Positions 28,881-36,287 of a stretch of DNA of 64,000 nt are shown one piece after another. The position numbers were made by a program, and so were the translations under genes. The stretch covers positions 544,001 to 608,000 of the forward strand of contig CAXXKM010000001.1 in NCBI GenBank assembly GCA_963664435.2, written 5' to 3'. The stretch comes from Longimicrobiales bacterium (lineage in GTDB: Bacteria > Gemmatimonadota > Gemmatimonadetes > Longimicrobiales > Gaopeijiaceae). The first letter of the stretch is position 1. Each line of letters begins with the position of its first letter. The notes under the pieces are model-generated. The model saw only the letters and a program-made list of their open reading frames with translations, had not been told where the DNA came from and did no database searches.

Positions 28881-29417
28881 GTGAGCGGCGACCTGATCGC
28901 AGTCCTGGCCGTCGGAGTCGCGCTGGCCGGCCTCCAGTGGCGGATGGCCGGCGTGTTGCGGGCCGGCATGGCTTCCTTCAGGACGGAGACCGGGACGAAC
29001 CTGGAGGCGCTGCGGGTTGAAATGACGGAGGGCATGGGCGCGCTCAGGACCGAGCAGAGGGAAGACGCCGGCATGCTCCGAAACGGACTGAAGGAAGACA
29101 TCGGTACGCTCAGGACCGAAATGCGGGAGGACGTCGGCACCCTCAGGACCGAGATGCGGGAAGGCATCGGCACGCTCCGAAACGGACTGGAGGAAGACGT
29201 CGGTACGCTCAGGACCGAAATGCGGGAGGACGTCGGCACCCTCAGGACTGAGATGCGGGAAGGCATCGGCACGCTCAGGACCGAGATGCGAGAGGACATC
29301 GGTGCCCTCCGAGGCGACATGCGCGACGGGTTTGGTCAAGTGAATACGCGGCTTCGCTTTCTGGAAGAACGCGCCTTTCTGGGCCGGCCCCCGAGATCTG
29401 CGTCCGGAGATACCTGA
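28881..29417 (+). CDS. Membrane-anchored hendecad coiled-coil repeat protein
   Basis: N-terminal hydrophobic helix, then about 9 copies of (I/V)GTLRTEMRE(D/G), ending VNTRLRFLE. Confidence 0.72.
   Translation: MSGDLIAVLAVGVALAGLQWRMAGVLRAGMASFRTETGTNLEALRVEMTEGMGALRTEQREDAGMLRNGLKEDIGTLRTEMREDVGTLRTEMREGIGTLRNGLEEDVGTLRTEMREDVGTLRTEMREGIGTLRTEMREDIGALRGDMRDGFGQVNTRLRFLEERAFLGRPPRSASGDT
29030..29330 (+). repeat. 33-bp tandem repeat with a nested 99-bp duplication
   Basis: Unit about TCGGCACGCTCAGGACCGAGATGCGGGAGGACG; 99-bp blocks starting at 29076 and 29175 are near-identical. Confidence 0.9.
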
Positions 29418-29614
29418 TCGCGACAGCGCCGGATGACCCCCGCCACGGGCGCGTGCGACGATAGCGTGATCCGCCCGCCGAAGGGCAGCTGAGCCGCCCT
29501 CTCCCGCACGAAGTCCTTCCCGAAGGCGGTGGAAGCGCCCGCAGGCTGGCGCCGCCCGGGGCGCTGCTCCATCATCCATGGCGTTGCCCCGAACACTTCC
29601 CGGAGGAACCGCCG

Positions 29615-31453
29615 ATGCCTCGATCCGCACACCATGTGGCCCTCATTGCCCTGGCGCTCTCGCCCTGGCTGACGACCGCTTGCGGTCCCGATCAGCGATC
29701 CGGCATGGGGACGGACATGAACGCGGACCTGCTGGCTGCCGCGGTGCGCGCGCGTATTTCGCCGGCCTCGCTCGAGCCCCACGCGACAGCCATCGTGGAG
29801 CACGAGCGCCTATCGGGGAGCGCGGGCGAGAACGCGGCGATCGACTATGTCGTCGAGACGCTCGAAGCGGCCGGCGTACCGGTGGAGGTGCACACCTTCG
29901 AGACCTACGTATCCGATCCGGTCTCCGCGTCGGTGTCCGTACCCAACGGCCCCGCTTTCAGCGCCATCACGTCGTCGTTCTCCGCCCCGGTGCGCTCGCT
30001 GCGCGCGCCGCTCGTCGACCTCGGTCCGCTTGCCGATCTGCCCCCCGTCGAGGTGGGCACGGGCGAACGCATTGTGCTCGCCGGGGAAGGAATGGATGGA
30101 GCCGCGGGACCGGTCCTTCCCGACGTCTCCGGGGCCATCGTGCTCGTGGACGGCCAGCCCAGGAACCTGCCGGTCATCGTTCTCGACCGGCTGGGAGCGG
30201 CGGGCGTGATCTTCGCCAACACGGAGGAACGGGTCAACGACCTGATCGTGACCTCCACGTGGGGAACGCCCTCCCTGCTCAACTACCACCGCCTGCCCGA
30301 CCTGCCCGTCGCCCACGTCGCGCGCAGCGCCGGAGAGCAACTGCGCGCCCTGCTCGCCCGGGGCCCGCTGGAGGTCATGCTCTCGGCCCAGACCGACACC
30401 GGGTGGAAGGAGCTGCGCCTCGCCATTGCCCGCATCCCCGGACCCGAGCCGGACGGTCCGTACGTCCTGTTCGGCGGACACATCGACGGATGGTATCATG
30501 CCGCAACCGACGAGGGGGCATCCAACGCGGCGATGCTCGACCTGGCGCTCGCATTCCATGCCGAGCGGGAGCGCCTGCGCCGGGGCCTGGTGGTGGCGTG
30601 GTGGCCGGGGCACTCCAACGCCCGCTACGGCGGTTCGACGTGGTTCGCCGACCACTTCTTCGAGGAGTTGCGCGAACGCGCGGTCGCCCATGTGAACGTG
30701 GACGGCATCGGGCAGATGGGAGCCCGCGTGCTCGCCGCGGCCACGACCGCGTCGATGGCCGAGCTCGCACGCTTCGCGATGCAGCGCGGGGAGGACGCCG
30801 ATATCCAGCCCACCCGGCCGGGACGGAACTCCGACCAGTCGTTCAACGGAGTCGGCGTGCCGCTCCTGCAGCTCTACCGCAACCGCGCGGAAGAGGACGG
30901 AGGGTATTGGTGGTGGCATACCCCCGAGGACACCTTCGACAAGATCGACTTCGACATCCTCGACCGCGACACCTACCTGTACGCCATTGCGCTGTCGGCG
31001 CTGCTCGGCCGCGCGTTGCTGCCGGTGGACGTGGTGGGCCAGGTCGAGACGCTGGGCGCCGCCATCGCCGCCCGCTCCGGGGCCGGAGACGGCCGATTCG
31101 ATCTCTCCCGGGCCTCCGAAGCCCACGCGGAACTCCTCGCGCTGGCGGGCCGGCTTCAGGAGGCGCTCCCCGGCGCGACCGGCTCGGCCGCGCTCGACAT
31201 GGCGCTCGTGGACGTGCTGCGCCCGCTGCATCGCATCCTGTACGTGCCCCTCACCCCGCACCACCCGGACGCGGGCGCGGTCCCCGGCCTCCTCCCCGGC
31301 CTCGCCCCGACACGGATCCTCGCCGAGGAGACGCCCGGAAGCGAACGCTACCGGCTGGCCATGGCCACGCTGGTGCGCGAGCGGAATCGCCTGCTGGAGG
31401 CCATCGCCGAATCGAACCGCCGCGCCGCCGCCCTGCTCGCATCGCTGGGATAA
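29615..31453 (+). CDS. M28-family peptidase-like lipoprotein with PA domain
   Basis: LTTAC lipobox; RLSGSAGE, GHIDGW, DEGASNA, NVDG, SDQSF, WWHTPEDT. Confidence 0.8.
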   Translation: MPRSAHHVALIALALSPWLTTACGPDQRSGMGTDMNADLLAAAVRARISPASLEPHATAIVEHERLSGSAGENAAIDYVVETLEAAGVPVEVHTFETYVSDPVSASVSVPNGPAFSAITSSFSAPVRSLRAPLVDLGPLADLPPVEVGTGERIVLAGEGMDGAAGPVLPDVSGAIVLVDGQPRNLPVIVLDRLGAAGVIFANTEERVNDLIVTSTWGTPSLLNYHRLPDLPVAHVARSAGEQLRALLARGPLEVMLSAQTDTGWKELRLAIARIPGPEPDGPYVLFGGHIDGWYHAATDEGASNAAMLDLALAFHAERERLRRGLVVAWWPGHSNARYGGSTWFADHFFEELRERAVAHVNVDGIGQMGARVLAAATTASMAELARFAMQRGEDADIQPTRPGRNSDQSFNGVGVPLLQLYRNRAEEDGGYWWWHTPEDTFDKIDFDILDRDTYLYAIALSALLGRALLPVDVVGQVETLGAAIAARSGAGDGRFDLSRASEAHAELLALAGRLQEALPGATGSAALDMALVDVLRPLHRILYVPLTPHHPDAGAVPGLLPGLAPTRILAEETPGSERYRLAMATLVRERNRLLEAIAESNRRAAALLASLG

Positions 31454-31507
31454 CTCAACCTGGAGCGCGACCGGCAGCTCCTTGCGGAGTGGAAGGCTTA
31501 GGAGCGG

Positions 31508-32626
31508 CTACACCCGGAAGAGCACGGACTCGCGCCCGTAGAGTCGAATCGAGCACCAGGTCAGGAGCGCGAAGCCCAGGGCGTTCACGCCGCCCAGAAG
31601 CGCCAGAGCCAGCCAGTCGATCTGTCCCTGAATGGCCTCCCGCATCGCCAGCGCGTTGCCCAGGATGGGGACCGCGTATACCGCAGCCCCGAAGGAGCCT
31701 GGCGCGAGCGCAAAGATGGCCAGGAAAACGGAAAGAAACACCAGCGGCGCGGTGTACATGCCCGCCTCGCGCTGTGAGCGCGCCCAGGTGCCGATCACCA
31801 TGACCAGCGCCGACACCAGCAGGGCGAGCGCGGCCAGGTTCACGGCCAGCGCCACCACCTGCGCGGGCGCCAGCGACAGCCCGCCCGCCCCGGCGAAGTC
31901 CTCGGGCGCCAGCCCCAGCCGGGCCGCCATCATCATCCCGACGATCAACAGGAGCGACGCCACCACCGCGAAGGTCATGATGGCCAGGCTCTTGCCGATC
32001 ACGATCGCGGGGCGCGGCACCGTCGACACCAGCAGCGCCGCGAGGGTGTTCTTTTCCTTCTCGCCCACCGCGACGTAGAGCGCGCGCGCCGCGTTGGTGA
32101 CGAGCAGGATCACCGCCATGTAGGGAATCAGCAGGCTGAGCGCCCCCCCGAAGGCGCCCGAGGTATCGATCAGCACGACCTCGAAGGGACGCAGATCGCG
32201 CAGGCGCAGGCCCCGCTCCGCGAGCCTGTCCTCGACGGCCCGCTGCTGGACCGCCTGCAGGTCCTGGCGCAACGAGGTCGCCGCCGCCCAGACCGCGTTC
32301 TCGGCGGACGCCGCCCGGATCCGGTACGCCGCACCCTCCCGAAGCACGCTCACGTAGGCCTCGCCGCCGTCCGCAACTTCTTCCAGCGTCGCCAGGCGAA
32401 CGAGCGGATTGGCGTCGAGCAGCCGGCGCAGGACATCGTCGGCTCCCGGGGCGACCACGGGTACCGGCCCGGAGTCGTCCCCCGCGAGCCGGTCGAGGTT
32501 GCTGGCCAGCCCCATCAGCAGGGGGAAGAAGACCAGCGCGCTCGCCACCATGCCCCCGATGAGCCGGGCGTCCCGCCTCAGGACCCGCATCTCCTTGCCG
32601 TAGATCAGCAGCGCCTTGCGAATCAT
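31508..32626 (-). CDS. ABC-2 permease (NatB-like)
   Basis: KEMRVLRRD and GEKEKNTLAALLVSTV; coupled to the upstream ATPase. Confidence 0.85.
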   Translation of the reverse strand: MIRKALLIYGKEMRVLRRDARLIGGMVASALVFFPLLMGLASNLDRLAGDDSGPVPVVAPGADDVLRRLLDANPLVRLATLEEVADGGEAYVSVLREGAAYRIRAASAENAVWAAATSLRQDLQAVQQRAVEDRLAERGLRLRDLRPFEVVLIDTSGAFGGALSLLIPYMAVILLVTNAARALYVAVGEKEKNTLAALLVSTVPRPAIVIGKSLAIMTFAVVASLLLIVGMMMAARLGLAPEDFAGAGGLSLAPAQVVALAVNLAALALLVSALVMVIGTWARSQREAGMYTAPLVFLSVFLAIFALAPGSFGAAVYAVPILGNALAMREAIQGQIDWLALALLGGVNALGFALLTWCSIRLYGRESVLFRV

Positions 32627-33375
32627 CAGCCGCGCGCCTCCTCGTCCGCCCCCACGAGCGAGAAGAAGATGTCTTCGAGGTCCCCGAGTCCGGTATGCGC
32701 CCTCAGCGATTCGAGGGTCCCCTCGGACCTGAGCTTCCCCCGATGGATGATGCCGATGCGATCGGCGAGCTTCTCCGCTTCCCACAGGATGTGGGTCGAG
32801 AACAGGACCGTCTTGCCCTCCTCCTTCAGCAGGCGGATGTAGTCGATCACCTTCCTGGCGGTGAGGACGTCGAGCCCGGATGTGGGCTCGTCCCAGATGA
32901 GGATGAGCGGGTCGGTCACCAGCGCGCGCATGAGCACGGTCTTCTGCTTCATGCCGGTTGAGAATACGTCGGTCCGCTCGTCGGCGAACCCGGTCATGTC
33001 CAGCAGATCGAAGATGTAGGCGAGATTGTCCTCGATGGCGGCCGGGGTCATGTCGTTCAGGCGGCCGAAGAAGTGGCCGATCTCGCGCGGCGTGAGGCGT
33101 TCGTAGACGCGGGTCTCGTACGACACGAAGCCGATCAGGGCGCGGATGGCGGCTTTCTCGGTGCGCACCGGGTGTCCCCGCATCCAGGCCTCGCCCGAGG
33201 TCGGGTCCATCAGCGTGCTCAGGATGCGCAGCACGGTGGTCTTCCCCGCCCCGTTGGGTCCCAGAAGCGCGTAGATTTCGCCCTGGTCGCAGTTGAGATC
33301 CAGGCGATCCACCGCCCGCACCCGCGTTCCCCCCCGGGACCGGAATTCCTTGCTGAGCGCCTCGGTGCGGATCAT
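32626..33375 (-). CDS. ABC transporter ATPase (NatA-like)
   Basis: GPNGAGKTT, FSTGMKQK, DEPTSGLD, STH. Confidence 0.92.
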   Translation of the reverse strand: MIRTEALSKEFRSRGGTRVRAVDRLDLNCDQGEIYALLGPNGAGKTTVLRILSTLMDPTSGEAWMRGHPVRTEKAAIRALIGFVSYETRVYERLTPREIGHFFGRLNDMTPAAIEDNLAYIFDLLDMTGFADERTDVFSTGMKQKTVLMRALVTDPLILIWDEPTSGLDVLTARKVIDYIRLLKEEGKTVLFSTHILWEAEKLADRIGIIHRGKLRSEGTLESLRAHTGLGDLEDIFFSLVGADEEARG

Positions 33376-33510
33376 GTCGTTCTTTTCACCGGTTCCAGTC
33401 GCGTTCCGCTGCGTTTCCGGTCACCGGGCACCCTACGTGCCCTTGATCGAAGACATGGCGCGTCGTCACTATGCGGGGGAAGTCCACGGGGGAGGACCCG
33501 GAGAAGCTAT

Positions 33511-34701
33511 ATGCGCACCAGGCTTTCCGCGATATTGCTCGCCGCGCTGGCGTGCGACGGCGGCACTTCGCCCAGCCCACCCGCCCGAGTCGTCGTGACG
33601 CCGGGCGTGAAGCTGCTGGCGGAGGCGGGGGCTACCTTTCGCTTCGCCGCCCGGGTGACCGATGCGCAGGGCTCGGCCATCTCCGGGGCCGAGGTTGCGT
33701 GGTCGGTCGCCGATCCCTCCGTCGCGACCGTCGACGCCACGGGGCAGGCCACCGCCGTCGCAGCCGGCAGCACGGAGGTTCGGGCCGCGGCCGGAGAGGC
33801 GTCCGGCACGGCCACCCTGGAAGTGTACATCCCCGCGCCCGTCGCCGAGTACGCGCCCGGCCAGACCTATTTCGGGCGCAACCGGTACGTCGAATACATC
33901 GCCGGCGACCTGCCCCTGGTCGTGAGCGCGGGGCACGGGGGCGGCGAGGAGCCGGACGAGATTCCCCGCCGCACCTGGGGGACCCTCGGGCGGGACTCGT
34001 GGACGCAGGAGACGACGCGCGCGGTCCGCGACTCGATCATCGCGTACTTCAGGGGCGGCCAGCCACACATCGTCATCAGTCGGCTCCGCCGCACGCGCCT
34101 CGATCCCAACCGGGAGATCGTGGAAGCCGCCCAGGGGAGCGAGTTCGCGGAGCAGGCCTGGCGCGAGTACCACCGCTTCATCGCAATTGCACGCGCCCGC
34201 GTCGCCGAGGACCACGGCCGCGGGCTCTACGTGGACATGCACGGCCACTCGCACCCCACCCCGCGGGTCGAACTGGGGTATCTGCTCACCGGAGGCGACC
34301 TGAGCCGCTCCGACGCCCGGCTGAACGAGCCGCGCTTTCCGGAGCAGTCCAGCATCCGCTCGCTCGCCCGCCGGGTCGATCTCTCCTTCGCCGACATCGT
34401 GCGCGGCCCATCGAGCCTGGGGGCGTTGCTCACGGACGAGCGCATCACGACCGTGCCCAGCCCGCTGATCCCCGATCCGCATGGGGAACCCTTCTTCAGC
34501 GGCGGCTACAGCACGCGCCGGCACGGGTCACTGGACGGAGGCGTCGTCGACGGCGTCCAGATCGAGCTGCACAGACCGGGGATCCGCGATACCGACGAGA
34601 ACCGCCGGCGTTTCGCGGGTGCCCTGGCGCGGTCGCTCAGGTTCTTCCTGGAGACCCACTACGGGTTCGCGCGCGAGCAGGGCACGGCCGCCGGACGCTG
34701 A
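33511..34701 (+). CDS. Lipoprotein: Ig-like (Big_2) domain plus N-formylglutamate amidohydrolase-like domain
   Basis: LAALAC lipobox; WSVADPSVATVDATG; SAGHGG, LDPNR, DMHG, FSGGYSTRRHG, VQIE. Confidence 0.75.
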   Translation: MRTRLSAILLAALACDGGTSPSPPARVVVTPGVKLLAEAGATFRFAARVTDAQGSAISGAEVAWSVADPSVATVDATGQATAVAAGSTEVRAAAGEASGTATLEVYIPAPVAEYAPGQTYFGRNRYVEYIAGDLPLVVSAGHGGGEEPDEIPRRTWGTLGRDSWTQETTRAVRDSIIAYFRGGQPHIVISRLRRTRLDPNREIVEAAQGSEFAEQAWREYHRFIAIARARVAEDHGRGLYVDMHGHSHPTPRVELGYLLTGGDLSRSDARLNEPRFPEQSSIRSLARRVDLSFADIVRGPSSLGALLTDERITTVPSPLIPDPHGEPFFSGGYSTRRHGSLDGGVVDGVQIELHRPGIRDTDENRRRFAGALARSLRFFLETHYGFAREQGTAAGR

Positions 34702-34825
34702 CGCCACAAGCCCCCCGGGTCCGCCCGCGTTTTCGAGCGGCGACGCGTCCGGGGCCCACAGAGCGGCGGAGGGCCCTCTTTCGGCCGCCACTTCAGGCCC
34801 GGAATGGCGAACAAGGAAAGGGGTG

Positions 34826-35344
34826 CTAGACCGGGAGGCTCCAGTCCACGATCAGCGCGGTCATGATCGCCGTCACCCAGCCCATGACGACGTCCCCCGG
34901 ATAGTGCACGCCCAGGTAGGCGCGTGACACGCCGATGGCCAGCCCGAGACCGAGAACGATGAAGGCCACCAGCGGGGCAAGCGCGAAGTAGAGCGGGATC
35001 GCGACCGCCAGCCCGGCGGTGGCGTGTCCCGAGGGAAAGCTGAAGCGGTCGGGGGGTTCCAGGACGAACAAACCCGTCGGCCGCAGCTTCGGCCGAGGCC
35101 GGTTGATGGTGCGCTTCAGCAACTGCACCAGCAGATGCGAGACCGTGAGCACCGCCAGGCACTTGAGCCCCACCCTGCGCAGGCCGGACGGGAAGCCGAA
35201 GCTGAGTGTCGCCGTGATGCCCACCATCGACGGCCAGTCACCCGCGTGGGTGATGCAGCGCATGAAGATGTCGAGCCACCGCTTCCGGCGGGCGGTGATC
35301 ACATCCAGAATGCGCTCGTCGTATGCCCTCAGTGCCGTCATCAT
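34826..35344 (-). CDS. PAP2-family phosphatase
   Basis: KRTINRPRP, SFPSGH, SRAYLGVHYPGDV. Confidence 0.92.
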   Translation of the reverse strand: MMTALRAYDERILDVITARRKRWLDIFMRCITHAGDWPSMVGITATLSFGFPSGLRRVGLKCLAVLTVSHLLVQLLKRTINRPRPKLRPTGLFVLEPPDRFSFPSGHATAGLAVAIPLYFALAPLVAFIVLGLGLAIGVSRAYLGVHYPGDVVMGWVTAIMTALIVDWSLPV

Positions 35345-35549
35345 GAGTAGACTCCGCTCCTTGCGGCGTGCGCGCTCTCGCCGGCGAATTCCGCGTATCC
35401 CTGCAACAGCCCGTCGATCATCCCGGGCCATGTCCGCGTCCTGGCGAACGAGCGCGCGGCGCATCCCATGTTACGCAGATGGAACCGGTCGGCAAGGGCC
35501 TGAGGGTCGCCTCGGCAAGCGCGGCCGGATCCCGGGCGCGGACCAGCGC
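35341..35549 (-). pseudogene. 3' remnant of a GT4-type glycosyltransferase
   Basis: LVRARDPAALAEATLR, a frameshift near 35500, then ALADRFHLRNMGCAARSFARTRTWPGMIDGLLQGY; the stop overlaps the PAP2 ATG. Confidence 0.6.
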
Positions 35550-35650
35550 CGCGGTGCAGCGACTCCGACACCCCAACGTGCAGCAATTCGGAGATGTTTC
35601 GGGGACGCGAACGTTGCCCACCCGAAGACGACACGGTAGATACCCGGGAT

Positions 35651-36253
35651 ATGGATCCCGCCCTGGAGCAACTGGTGCAGCGGACGCACGGCCTGCAGCC
35701 GTGGCGGAAGGTGGTCCACGCCGCCTGCGGCCTGGGGCTGGCCGGGCTCATCCGGCTGGACATCCTGGCGCCGCTGGCGCTCTCGGTCAGTCTCGGTGCG
35801 ATCATCCTGACGGCGGTCGCTACGGACGTCCTGCGCCTCCGGCGACCGGACCTCAACCGCAGGTTCTTCATGGTGTTCCGCCACCTCGCTTCACCCCGGG
35901 AAGCGCTCAAGTGGGCGTCGTCGACCTGGTACGTGATCGGGGCCGCCGCCGTGATGCTCGTGTTTCCGAGCCGGGTCTGGATCCCCAGCATCCTGGTGGT
36001 CGCGCTGGCCGATCCGTGCGCCAGCGTCTGCGGCCAGCTCTGGGGCCGCGCCGAGCCCGGACAGCCTTCCCTGCTCGGGTCCGCGGTTTTCTGGGCCGTG
36101 GCGACGCTGTGCGTGTTGCCGTTCGCCGGACCCGGCCCGGCTGTGGTCGTCGGCCTGGTGGCGGCGGCCGCCGAGCGGGCGCCCATCCCGGTGGACGACA
36201 ACGTGACGGTGGCGCTGGTCGCCGCGATCGCGCTCACCCTGCTCACGGGATAG
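35651..36253 (+). CDS. Polyprenol/phytol kinase-like (cytidylyltransferase family) membrane protein
   Basis: RKVVH, LADPCASVCG, SLLGS, AE...VDDN motifs. Confidence 0.78.
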   Translation: MDPALEQLVQRTHGLQPWRKVVHAACGLGLAGLIRLDILAPLALSVSLGAIILTAVATDVLRLRRPDLNRRFFMVFRHLASPREALKWASSTWYVIGAAAVMLVFPSRVWIPSILVVALADPCASVCGQLWGRAEPGQPSLLGSAVFWAVATLCVLPFAGPGPAVVVGLVAAAAERAPIPVDDNVTVALVAAIALTLLTG

Positions 36254-36287
36254 CCGCCCGCGGTCGACCCGCGCGGGTCGGCGCCGG

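Noticed and set aside
29030..29330. Possible CRISPR array or DGR repeat pair
   Set aside because: The repeats are in-frame and coding, with no spacers, no reverse transcriptase and no adenine-specific variation pattern.
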